Source of the DNA: a virus
Lineage: Duplodnaviria > Heunggongvirae > Uroviricota > Caudoviricetes
IMG/VR virus record: IMGVR_UViG_3300013901_000006
Location: 79,774 to 143,773 of that record
DNA: 64,000 bases
Direction: 5' to 3' (one strand)
The notes beneath the pieces were generated by a model. The model searched no databases, was not told the origin of the DNA, and saw nothing but the letters and a program-made list of their open reading frames with translations. The position numbers and the translations under genes were made by a program. Shown here one piece after another: positions 49,985 to 61,163 of the stretch (the stretch's first letter is position 1; every line of letters starts with the position of its first letter).

Positions 49985-50012
49985 AGGGCCTTATGGCCCT
50001 ATTTTTTTTTAT
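49985..50012 (+). terminator. Intrinsic terminator (AGGGCC-ttat-GGCCCT + T9) fused to a TTGACT promoter
   Basis: Hairpin plus T-run directly followed by TTGACT-N17-TATAAT. Confidence 0.6.
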
Positions 50013-50155
50013 TGACTTTATACATACAATATTATATAATATATATAAAGAAAGAGAAAACTCTTATAGTAGCTGTATTGCATCATGTACTAGAGGACTA
50101 TTTGATAATGCATATGGCTATTCTTGGCGATATGTATGACAAGGAGGTGGTGCCA

Positions 50156-50703
50156 ATGTCAATCTGGATTATTTCAGATTCTCATTGAATCAATTTGGTC
50201 ATAAGAATATAATAACGTACTGTAACAAATCTCGTCCTTTCGACACTGTTGAGGATATGAACGAAGCAATTATCAATAGATGGAATGACCGCATTTCTCC
50301 TGATGATATTGTATATCATCTTGGTGATGTTTGTATGGGACAACTTGATACAATCGATAAGTACCTTCCTCGACTGAATGGTCATGTTACTCTCATTAAG
50401 GGGAACCATGACACGAAGGGCCGCATTGCCCGCATCCAAGAGGTTGTCGGTTGGGAAGTCCTCAACATTGAATGTATCCGCTATAATGATATTAACTTTC
50501 TTATGATGCATGAGAAGTCAGAAGACATGCATGGTAATTCTGAGAATGTCATTCTTTACGGTCATGTTCATGACGCTGCGCCGCATGGTTTGCAGCCTGA
50601 TTGGACATACCATGTTGGACTTGATACTAACAACCTAGCTCCTGTCAACCTCCATGATATTTGGATTGATGTCCTAGAGCAGCGAATTAAGACTGGTGAA
50701 TAA
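50156..50703 (+). pseudogene. Calcineurin-like metallophosphoesterase interrupted by an 8-nt insertion just after the DxH motif
   Basis: AAGGAGGTG RBS then MSIWIISDSH-stop. Out of frame it continues NQFGHKNIITYCNKSRPF...GDV...GNHD...GHVHD. Removing TGAATCAA (50186-93) restores ISDSHFGHKNII, the family consensus. Confidence 0.55.
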
Positions 50704-51534
50704 TGGAAGTTAAGCACAAAGTTCAAAGGATTTGCGGCAATTGCCGATATTATTGGCATAAATCATGTTATCGATTTCCGCCGCAAATTGTTTTGGACTA
50801 TGATTATAATGTGAGGACGGTTCACCCTTCGCCGCAGTCAGGAGACAGATGTGGTGAATGGTCTATTCATCCTAAATTGGAGCAAAAATGAAATGCAAGA
50901 AGATTTGTTGGACTTGTAAGTATATGCGTGGCAGATATACCGATTCGTTCTATGGCGGGTCTATTGGAAATTGCGCATATGATTCTGTAATGTTGGGACA
51001 TTTTGATGAATCAAGAGATAATATGCCGCTTAAAAGCGGTGATGATACTTGCGGCAATTGGGCACCAAACGAATATTTTGCATCTATAGATAATTTTTCC
51101 TAAATTTTATCTTGACTCTTGGGTAATTATATTATATAATATAATTAAAGAAGTTGAGAGAGAGGTTTTGGACATGGACTTCAATATCTGCGCTAACTGC
51201 AAGCATTTTCTTACAACTGATTCTGATTATATGTTTGGACATTGTATCAAGGAGTTTGCTGATGCTGGGTTAGACATTCATGAAATCAAGTCTATGATTG
51301 GACCTATTGGTAATATTCTCGGTGATGATTATATGTGTGCGGATGGTGAGCTCAATGATTAACAATAGTTTCGATGGTTGGACGAAAGAGCAACTTGACC
51401 AGTACAATGAACTTTGTATTGACTATCCGCAATGGGCAGTTGACATGCTTATTGACCTCTATGGCCCAAATGAACTTTTTGACGGTATCGTAATGGACCT
51501 TGAAGAGTACTCTTATATGCTTTAATATTGGAAT

Positions 51535-51607
51535 ACCTGTGTAGCACAATTGGTTAGGGCAGTTGACTTATAATCGACCGATGCGGGTTCAAGTCCCGAC
51601 ACAGGTA
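51535..51607 (+). tRNA. tRNA-Ile (anticodon TAT), unusual
   Basis: Perfect acceptor ACCTGTG/CACAGGT. D GCAC-AATTGGTTA-GGGC. Anticodon stem GTTGA/TCGAC with loop CTTATAA. T arm GCGGG-TTCAAGT-CCCGA (G·A at 49-65). Confidence 0.5.
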
Positions 51608-51790
51608 CCCGACATGGGATAGATAACCAGTGGGGAACTGGGTCCGCCTGCTAAGCGGAACGTACTTGTAAATAATAAGTATCCGGGTCGGAACCGGATT
51701 ATCCCGCCAATGTTTATTCCCGCGCCTATACGCGGTGGCTTTCATGGTAGTGCCGAAAACAACCATTGCGGCAGAATAGGCAACACCGCA
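51608..51790 (+). ncRNA. GC-richer structured RNA (~180 nt) between tRNA-Ile and tRNA-Ser
   Basis: Local hairpins CCGC-cugcuaa-GCGG, UCCGG-gucggaa-CCGGA, CGCG-ccuaua-CGCG, UGCGG-N15-CCGCA. Long-range GGGAUA/UAUCCC. No ORF. Confidence 0.4.
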
Positions 51791-51795
51791 TACTT

Positions 51796-51884
51796 GGAGA
51801 GTTGGCCGAGCTGGTCGATGGCACTTGTCCTGAAAACAAGCAGGCGCTGGTAACGTCTCTAGAGTTCGAATCTCTAACTCTCCG
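51796..51884 (+). tRNA. tRNA-Ser (anticodon TGA), class II, CCA encoded
   Basis: Acceptor GGAGAGT/ACTCTCC-G-CCA. D GCC-GAGCTGGTCGAT-GGC. Anticodon stem CTTGT/ACAAG with loop CCTGAAA (C33). Variable arm. T arm TAGAG-TTCGAAT-CTCTA. Confidence 0.7.
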
Positions 51885-51888
51885 CCAT

Positions 51889-51962
51889 GGTCATGTAGCT
51901 CAGTTGGTAGTAGCAGCGGACTGAAAATCTGCGGGTCGCTTGTTCGATTCAAGCCGTGACCA
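51889..51962 (+). tRNA. tRNA-Phe (anticodon GAA), CCA encoded
   Basis: Acceptor GGTCATG/CGTGACC-A-CCA. D GCTC-AGTTGGTAG-TAGC. Anticodon stem GCGGA/TCTGC with loop CTGAAAA. T arm GCTTG-TTCGATT-CAAGC. Confidence 0.75.
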
Positions 51963-51974
51963 CCAATAAATACC

Positions 51975-52010
51975 CTGTAGGGCAACTTCTTTTGAGGTTG
52001 CCCTATTTTT
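51975..52010 (+). terminator. Intrinsic terminator after the tRNA cluster, fused to the next promoter
   Basis: TAGGGCAAC-ttcttttga-GGTTGCCCTA + T7, then TTGACT-17-TATAAT. Confidence 0.65.
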
Positions 52011-52074
52011 TTATTGACTTTTACCGCATAATCATATATAATATATATAAAGAAAGCCAAGAGAAGGAGAAAAG

Positions 52075-52557
52075 ATGGCTACTCTTTATATTCTCGCAGC
52101 TATTCCAGCCGCAGGAAAGACAACTTGGGCGCATGAGCATCATTCTGAGCTTGATGCCAAGATTATCTCGCGCGATAACATTCGTTTCAACTATATGGCA
52201 AATGACCCTGATTTTCTTCCTTCCATGGATTATTTCAAGTATGAGAAGGATGTCGAGCGATGCTTCTATGACCAGATTAATTGGGATTTGTGTGTAAATG
52301 ATATGAACGTCATCGCTGATGCCACTCATATCTCTTGGAAGAGTTTAAAGAAAACTGTTGAGCATTGCGGCAAAAACGCGGACAAGGTTATTCTTGTATA
52401 CTTCAATCGTGGTCTTGATATTGCCTTGCCGCAGAACGCGAAGCGTGATGGCGTTGAGCATGTTCCCGAGGAAGTAATCAAGCGTATGTGGAAGAACCGC
52501 TATCAGCCTGCTCGTGCAAAGGCCGCAGGTCTTGTTGATGAATATATGATTGTGTAG
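52075..52557 (+). CDS. pnk: Polynucleotide 5'-kinase (T4 Pnk kinase-domain homolog), copy 2
   Basis: [22 protein letters not shown] aligns to the T4 Pnk [38 protein letters not shown], and [12 protein letters not shown] match NRDDYRQ, ISDTNL, and VPIDVLRSMYKSM. No phosphatase domain. Confidence 0.65.
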   Translation: [160 protein letters not shown]

Positions 52558-53327
52558 GCAACAAATGGATGATAACGTGAAATATACCTTACGGCAAATC
52601 AAAAAGGCCGCAAAGGAAATGCTGAATCTCAATATGCCTATTGGCTTTGAGTACTGTGTTTACGATATGCCGTTGGCTGATTGCCAAGAAATCTGCCGCA
52701 AACTTGAGAATTTTGGTTTTCATGTTTCTATTGGTCATCGTCTTGGCAGTGAGAATACGATTATAGTAAGAGAGAAAGAGTGAATATGTGTACTTTTAAT
52801 TATCCAGAAAATTACGACCAGTTTACCCAAGAGCAGCAAGATAGCATCCTGAGCTGGTTCAATACTACGAAAGAGATTGAACGTGGGCTGATTTCATATT
52901 CTACCAAGAGTAAGAATGAAAATGAGTTGAAAGCCTTTTCAGACAGGCGTGAGAAATATGAAGTGCGGCTAAGGGCGGCTCAGTCGATTCTGCGTACAAT
53001 GGGCGTGTTCGTTGAATATAATTGGCCTGGACATGAACACGAATATTTCCTAGCCACACGAGCTGACGCAGAGCTGTATCGCAAGGAGCATGAATAATGG
53101 CCGCATGTGTTCATGGCGAAGTGTGCCGCGCATGGATGGAAAGAACTAAACAGAAAGCTCCGTTGAGCAATACATGTCCTTTTAATTGTCCTTTATACGA
53201 GCGCAAACCTTCAATATCGGAATACTGTCCAAATCGGCACGCATATCCTAAAGATATTTTCGGCACGCCTATTTTTTATTGTTAGAAAAGTAATTTATGA
53301 TTGCGAATGACGCACGCACCATAGCAT

Positions 53328-54287
53328 ATGAGTCCATTCATGCAAAGGTGTTTATATATGAAATATGAAGATGGGCATACTTTTGATAGTGGCGTAAAAT
53401 TAATTAAACGATTATATAAAGATGATACTTCGCATTATACATGTCAGTTCCAGTGTCCAAGATGTGGTAATATATTTACTGCTACATTAGCAGACGTAGC
53501 TAGAGGAAGCACAAAATCATGTGGGTGTTTAAGGCGATACAATAGCCTTAAAAGGCATTTGGATGGAGTTGAACGCTATGTCGGAAAACGTTTTGGAAGA
53601 TTAACAGTTCTTTCTGCAACAGATAAAACAAATAATGCTGGAATGCTTATATATAAATGTAAGTGCGACTGCGGGAATACTTGTTGCGTTCCAAGTCAAT
53701 ATTTAGCCAGAGGAATCACAAAATCTTGCGGGTGTCTACAAGCAGAAGTAAAAAAGCAGCATGCCCCAACCAATAAAAAAGATTTAACTGGGCAAAAATT
53801 TGGTTATTTGACAGTCATTAAAGATTCTGGTAAAAGAGATGCTAATGGTACGGTGAAGTGGCAATGTAAATGTGATTGTGGGAATTATCATTTAGTAGCT
53901 ACTACAAATTTGATAAATGGAAATACTGTATCTTGCGGGTGTGTAGTGTCTTATTATGAACGATTAATAGAAGAAATTTTAAAAGAAAGTAAAATTAATT
54001 ATATAGAACAAAAACTTTTAATGGATGTATAAACCCAGAAACAGGATATAAATTAAGATTTGATTTTTATCTGCCGGACTATAATTGTTGTATAGAATAC
54101 GACGGTATACAACATTTTAAACCAGTAGAGTATTTTGGCGGTATTAAAAAATTCAAAAAAGATAAATATAGAGATGCCATAAAAGATAATTTTTGTAGTG
54201 AAAATAACATTAAACTCATTAGAATACCTTACAAAGATAAAAATCTTCTTAATAAAAAATATATTTGTGAATTATTAGATTTTTGAG
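53328..54287 (+). pseudogene. Frameshifted paralog of the 21188-21859 Zn-ribbon + DUF559 homing endonuclease
   Basis: Frame 0 carries repeated KSCGC zinc-ribbon modules and stops at 54030-32. The +2 frame continues FNGCINPETGYKLRFDFYLPDYNCCIEYDGIQHF.... The shift maps to the A-run at 54011-54015. Confidence 0.5.
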
Positions 54288-54592
54288 TTAATTGTGGAGT
54301 GGTAAATTATGTATTTTGTTTTATGCGATTGGGTTACTGACGAAAAAGAATGGTATGAGCAGCGGGGTTCGAAAGTTATCGCTCTAAATACTGCGGCTGA
54401 GGCCCTTGCACTCGCACATAATATCGCTTATCATTACGATACAAGTGAGAAGTATGAGAATCCAGTAAATGTAACTATTTTTTATAATGAAGATGGAGTA
54501 TTTGACGAAGAGGATAATTTCGTTTGCTCTTATATGGGATGTAACAAATATACTAAATGCGGCAAAAAGCTGCATCTATATGCTTAAATTTT

Positions 54593-54620
54593 AAGGGGCC
54601 GCAAGGCTCCTTTTTTATTT
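54593..54620 (+). terminator. Intrinsic terminator (GGGGCC-gcaa-GGCTCC + T6) fused to a TTGACG promoter
   Basis: Hairpin plus T-run, followed by TTGACG-17-TATAAT. Confidence 0.55.
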
Positions 54621-54674
54621 GACGATACCCTTTCAATTTTATATAATATAAATATAGAAAAGAAAGGATGTTGT

Positions 54675-55610
54675 ATGGCAAAAGAGTACGGTTTCCGTCC
54701 TTCCACCATTGATGATTTGAAGGGTCAACCTAAGATTCAAAAAATGCTGCGAGTGTATATTAAAGCAGCTAAAATCAAAGGGGAGTCTTTTCCGCATACC
54801 ATTATCACAGGCCCCAGTGGTTGCGGCAAAAGCGCTACTGCAAATGTTATCGCACATGAGCTTGGATGCAATTTCCGTGCGTATTCCGGTCCTGCTATCA
54901 ACGATATTAAAACTATTCAGACTATTCTTCTATCTATTAAAGAGAATGATATTGTTCTGATTGATGAAGTACACCGTCTAAACAAGAAATTGCAGGAAAT
55001 GCTTTACTTTGCAATGGAGAATTTCCAAGTCGATGCTGAGATTGATGGCCAGACCGCACGTACAGACATTCCGCATTTTACCTTGGTGGCAGCTACTAAT
55101 CTTTATGGTGGATTAAATGACGCTCTTTTGAACCGTTTCCCTATTCAAATGAAACTTGCCGCATACACCCAAGATTCAATGACAGATATTGTAAATAAAA
55201 TCTGCCAAGAGAAGAATATCCAGATTGACCAGAAGAGCGCTCGAATGATTGCGGCCACCACTCGTGGTGTTCCTCGTAATGCAAACTCATACGTTGCCCG
55301 CATCTACGATTTTGCTCTTGTAATGAACGATGGCATCATCACGCCGCAAATCGTTATTGATGGCTTTGATATTATGGGTATCAACAAGTATGGTTTGAAC
55401 CAAGACGATATGGATTATCTAAACTTTCTTGCGGTACAGAGCAAAGCGGTAGGTATTGATACAATTTGTCTTACTCTTGGAGTGGATAAAAATACAGTCC
55501 AGACCAAGATTGAGCCTTATTTGTTGCAAAAAGGCTATATCCAGAAGCAACCGCGAGGTCGTGTAGCTACTGATTCTGGCCGCAAACTTTGCAAAGAAAT
55601 GGCTGAATAA
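54675..55610 (+). CDS. ruvB: RuvB-like AAA+ Holliday-junction branch-migration helicase
   Basis: Collinear with E. coli RuvB: FRPSTIDDLKGQ, YIKAAKIKGES, TGPSGCGKSATANVIAHELG, LIDEVHRL, LYFAMENF, PHFTLVAATN, C-terminal KQPRGRVAT. Confidence 0.75.
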   Translation: MAKEYGFRPSTIDDLKGQPKIQKMLRVYIKAAKIKGESFPHTIITGPSGCGKSATANVIAHELGCNFRAYSGPAINDIKTIQTILLSIKENDIVLIDEVHRLNKKLQEMLYFAMENFQVDAEIDGQTARTDIPHFTLVAATNLYGGLNDALLNRFPIQMKLAAYTQDSMTDIVNKICQEKNIQIDQKSARMIAATTRGVPRNANSYVARIYDFALVMNDGIITPQIVIDGFDIMGINKYGLNQDDMDYLNFLAVQSKAVGIDTICLTLGVDKNTVQTKIEPYLLQKGYIQKQPRGRVATDSGRKLCKEMAE

Positions 55611-57153
55611 TTTTCTTGCTCTTGGTCATAATATGTTATATAATATATTTAGAAAGAGAGAGAGGAAAACAAATGATTGGCGATAAGGTTATGGTTGAGC
55701 AAGCATACGGTATCGTATGCGGTGTAATCTCTGACATTATCTATGATGAAGATTGTGTTGTAATCACTGATACTCGTGGTTGCCGCATCGTTGCAAACTT
55801 CAATGAGATTATCGTTCTTTAGGAGATATTATGTGCAAGTATTGTGATTTCCCTGTCGATAGCAATTCCGCATACATTGATGCAACAGATACATCATGCT
55901 CTGATGGTGGATTCAGCGTAGGGCTGCATCATTCCAACTTTGCAAAAGACTGTGGATATTATATCTTTGGGGAATATTATCCATATGAAGATGAAACTAT
56001 TGACTCTGACCTTGCAAATTCCTTTTCAACACGTAATGGATATTCCCTTGCAATCAACTTTTGTCCGTTCTGTGGAAGGAAACTCAATGTCAACTAAGAT
56101 TTATACGAAGATTCTATCAGCTCTTGAAACGATTGTCTATCAAGAGGGTTGGGTACTCGGTCAATGTTGTTATAATACCAGAAGTGAATTCTATTATCGC
56201 GGATGTAAATTTGTTGTGGTTGTTTGCCCATCGGAAGGACGTGACGTTTTCAAAGTGTATTGTGAATATCATGATGGTAATGACGTAACATATAGTCAGT
56301 TTAGCCGCACATATCTTGGTGAGACTAATGGTGATACAAGCCCTATTCTTACCTTTGCAAATATGCTATTTTCTGATATGGCCCACGAGAGCCGCATCAT
56401 TCGCCGCAAGTTCGATTAATTTTTTCTTGCAATCTATGATATAATATCATATAATATATATAAAGAAAAGGAAGAGATATTAAATCTCCCAAGAGAAAGA
56501 GAAAGTATGCGCTACATGGTTGAATCTGAGCTTTATCAATTTCCCGCATGGAGTGGGGCCAAGTCTCGTCTTGACGATTTGGTAAAGCATCCTGCGGCAT
56601 ATGATATGGTTGCGGGCTACCTTGACATGTGTCAGATGGAAGGCGATGCCTGCGAGCCATGGACTGAAACTGATGTGAATGATTGGCTTTGGTTCGAACT
56701 TGACAACTATCTGTACGAAGAGGGCTTCAAGAACGAAGACGATGAGTGGATTGACGAGGATGATGACTAATGTTTAATCTTTCTATTGGCGATTATTGCA
56801 CTTATTATGGTTTCGCTGGGCAGCATTCACTCGTTAAGATTATTGCTTTTGGATGCGACTATGAATATAACGGATATGTTTGCGTTAAGTTTGTATCCAA
56901 TGGTAATGAGTGCTATGTCCCTGAGAATCAGCTTTGCAAGTATTAAGGAGTATGCATGAAGATTTATCTTATTTGGGATGGTTCGGGTATTATCGGTGGT
57001 TATTCCAGTGAGGGTAAGGCACGTAAAGCACTGAAACAGTATATCATCGACACGGGCGCATGCGAAGAGAAGGATTTTAAAGACAATATGATTGATGACC
57101 TTTCATACGGAATCATCAGTCATCCAATTGACAATCTATGGATTTAAAAAAGG

Positions 57154-57185
57154 AGGGCTTGCGGCCCTCCTTTTTATTTTTCAGA
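57154..57185 (+). terminator. Intrinsic terminator (GGAGGGC-ttgcg-GCCCTCC + T-run)
   Basis: 7-bp GC stem followed by TTTTTATTTTT. Confidence 0.6.
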
Positions 57186-58077
57186 AATCAAAAAACATAG
57201 TTGCGGCCATTGCTATCTTTTTATATAATATATATAAAGAGAAAGGAAGAATCATGAAAAACGCCAATCAGATTTTCAATACCATTGAGACTAGATGTAA
57301 TGCAACGAACTCTATGTATACTTGGTATGTCAATAATAAGGATTATGATGATGACCTTGGGGTTGTTTTTGATGTGCGGGATAAGGCCACACATGATGTC
57401 CTATGTCATTGCGGCATCTTTCCTTTTACAATGTATAGCGATGGAGAAGCATATGGCAATGTAGAGTTTAATTTATGGGATGGATTTGATTTTGTAACGT
57501 TCGATTGTGGAGATTATAAATGTGAAATCGGTAGTATTTATATGAATGATGTCATTGATATGGCGATTAATATTCTTTATCGATAATTTTTTCTTGCGGA
57601 TAGCTTTAATATATTATATAATATATATAAAGAAAAGGGAGAAAGGAACTTTCATGAAGCGCAACGATTACGTTACTTATGTTCACCCTGATACGAAGAA
57701 GGTTATTATCTGCACTGTTGAGGAAATGTACGGCGATGGTCATGTACTTCTCTACGCTGTAGATTCAAATGAAGCGTTTCTGGCTAATATGTATGAGATT
57801 GTTGAGTATTAATTTATGTTTGTCGCAAGTGATTTTATTCAAAATGGTGATATATAAAAGTATGGAATTAAATATTGACGCTAGTCTTATACAATCCCTT
57901 ATAGATAGTCAAGATGGAAAAGCATTTGACATAAGTATTCCCATTGATTCCTATCAGTTTATTGATTGTGCATCGTTGGAACTTCTAAACGATTATATTC
58001 AGTATGGCTATGACGTGTCTATCGATATGTTCAATCATACTATTGATATTAAATATAATGCTTAATGGAGCATAACT

Positions 58078-58398
58078 ATGAATGATTCTACTATTAAAGA
58101 AATTGCAAATCAACTTGGTGTAGCAGTCAATACCGTTGTGCCGCAATATGCTATGAGTCAGTCTATTAAACTATGCGCTTTGATTATTATTATGTTGATT
58201 GTTATTATTGTCAGTATTATTGTTATGAAACATAATTGGCAGAATTTTAAAAACGATTATGGAGATGGTAGACTCATTTTCATTGGTGCAGCTGTAGTAA
58301 CTTGCTTTGCCGTACCTCTTCTTGTATTTTCCATTGCGTCTTTGGTTGCTTGGATTGTCAGCCCTATTGGAATGACTCTTGGAGCATTGACTAGTTAA
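58078..58398 (+). CDS. Small integral membrane protein
   Basis: Two long hydrophobic helices (LCALIIIMLIVIIVSIIVM; IFIGAAVVTCFAVPLLVFSIASLVAWIV). Confidence 0.4.
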   Translation: MNDSTIKEIANQLGVAVNTVVPQYAMSQSIKLCALIIIMLIVIIVSIIVMKHNWQNFKNDYGDGRLIFIGAAVVTCFAVPLLVFSIASLVAWIVSPIGMTLGALTS

Positions 58399-61163
58399 TT
58401 TTTTTCTTGCATCTGGTTTAATTATGTTATATAATATAATTAAAGAAAGAGGAAAAGGAGATTCCAAATGGCTCAGTACATGGTTGCAAACATCGCTTAC
58501 AACACCTTCTATGAGTGCGATGGGAAGTTTGCGGGAATCGTGCGGGATAAGTGCCTTTTCAAGAGTAAGGACCAGCTCCGCAGGATTCTGGATGAGGTTA
58601 AGGCTCATAAGTTGAGCAAGTACCACATGGTCTATGAGGGTTCAATTGAATCCGTTGAGCCGTTTGAGAACTAATTCAGCCAAGAGAAAGAAGAAATAAT
58701 GGATATTTACACTTACTATCACGAGACGGTTATGACGGATGCAGAGTATTATATCGATAATGAACACATCGATACTCGCGTAGATGGCTTTGATGAAGAT
58801 GCGGCTTTCGATGAAATTTTTGACGATATGTGGGCTTCTGATTGGGTGTGCGGTAATGGGTCGGAAAACGGCCATGACGATGTGCTGGTCGTTGTTTCTG
58901 CGGAAGAGATTATGAGTGGTCTTTTGGATAAGGACCTAACCGATAACATCCGCGATGCATATGGCGATGACTATTTTGGCAAGGCAATTGTGGAAAATGT
59001 TATCGGCCAAGGTACAAAGGGTGTGCGTTATCTAGACACCTTGTTCCGCACGACCACCCTTGAAGATATTATCGATGATGTTAAAGATTATTTTCTCAAG
59101 AGCATTCATAAGGAGAATTAATCATGGAAAAGTTTTTTGATGATGATACGTTGGCTAATGATTATGTCAAGAACATTGTAGACCATGCAGCGTATCGTCT
59201 CTTTGAGAACCAGCAGGATTGGCTTTATATGGTCGGTGAGCTTGGTAAAGGGCGCTGGCCGATGCTAAAAGATAATGCCGTTGATTATATCGAGCAGAAG
59301 GTTGAACAGGAATTCCATCTTCTTATTGCTTTTATCACATTTGAGCTTATCAAGATGTATCACGGGCAGGATATTGACCTTAGTGAGAATGTTGCCGCTG
59401 AATATAATGAATGGTTTGGTTATGAACCAGAAGACGAAGGATATATTGAGGGCAAGCCTGACCCTAACGGAGAGAAGGAGTAAAATACATAATGGACGAT
59501 TGTTATATGAACGCCCGCATGAACGAGCTAGCAATCAATATTGATAAGGTGCAGAAGATGGCCGTAGATACAAAGCTATCTGATATTCCATCTATCCATA
59601 AAGATGTACGTACAGCCAAGCAAATGTCACATGCCGCATATACGCTTGCAAGCTCCATCAACGAGGTTGCTTCTAAGATTCAGACAGCAAATATCGGAGG
59701 CCGCACTGTAGACGCTGATATTGACCCTGACTTTGCATATCATGTGTATCCAGCTCTTCAAAATGCATATTCGAAAGGAAAACGCCTACAAGAGCAGCGT
59801 GAGCTGAAAGTCCGCCAAGAGCATAACAAACATATGGATGGGCTTATTCGTGATGTGAAGTTTGACGGCAAGTGGACTATTATCAAATGGTCTGATGGTG
59901 ATATTACACGAGTGAAATGCTCAGATGAAGATGATAATACGCCTGCTGGTGGGTTCAATGCGGCAGTTGCCAAGCATTTCTTCCGTGGTGCATATAATAA
60001 GATTATGCATAAATGGTGTGATTAAATGCTTGATGAAGACGGAAAAGATTGGTGGCTAAATCAAGCCAAAAGAAGCGTTGAAACACTTGATGAAGATGAT
60101 TTCGATAGATTCTTGATGATGTTGGATACAGCGCCAGTAGCAGATGATATTCTGTATGATAAATTCGGTGAAACGTTAGACCTTTGGCCGCAGGAGGACG
60201 AATATGAGTCATGAGTTTGTGAGCAATTTGCGGAATATCGCCACTTTTGCCAATAGTCAAGAGGTAATTAAAGATAAAGAGACGCAAAGTGACTACATCG
60301 ATGAAATCAATCATATCATCACAAAGGCCGCACAGCGAGGAGAATTCTTCTATACATACAATGGTGTGAAAGAAGATATGGTAATGAAACTAGCTATTTA
60401 TTATGATTCTCTTGGTTTTGTTACCAGCGTGCAGAAGGATAGATATAGCGGCTCTTGGTCGCTTTACTTGAATTGGATGTAAATATGAGAGCAGAAGAAG
60501 CTAAGACTATCGCACAAATTGCCGTCCAAGAGAAGCATGAAGCTGAATTGGCTAAGATTGCGGCAAAGCGCAAGGAGATGGATGAACGGCTAGAATATTA
60601 TTGTAATAGTTTAAGCACTTTAATTGAGAATAAGGCTAAAGACGGTAACTTTGATGCGAGGTATCGCATCAATGCTGGAAATTTTGATTCAGAGCATATG
60701 ATTGAACTTTCCGCGCGTCTTGAAGACGATGGCTATGATGTTGATTATAAATTTTTTGAAAAAGGAGAGCGTCGTATTGTTGAACCGGCTCATTGGCTAC
60801 TTTCAATCTCTTGGCGATGATATGTCCGCAGACAATATGCGGAACGTGACTAAAATTGCCCTTGATAATATGAAAGCCAAAAAGAAGAAAGATGAAGAAT
60901 GGCATCAAAAGCTGATGGACAGGCGTGTGCGGCCAGTAATAAAAGTTCTCGAAGAAGAAGTTAAATGTTCGGCGAAAGATGGCAAAACCAGAATCGAGCA
61001 AGAGATTGAAGATTATTATCTAGATTTGCCGCACATGGAAAAAATCAGAGATTATTTTAATGATTTGGGCTATAATGTGATGTTATGGGATACCCATAAT
61101 GGTCCAATCAGTGCTTCTTTTAAGCCTTTAATCTACACAATCAGTATTTCATGGGAGTAAATA

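Noticed and set aside
50183-50195. Programmed translational bypass (T4 gene 60-like) at the metallophosphoesterase interruption
   Set aside because: A stop codon follows the putative take-off codon, but there is no matching landing codon or flanking hairpin. An 8-nt gap is far shorter than known bypass elements. An indel or pseudogene is more parsimonious.
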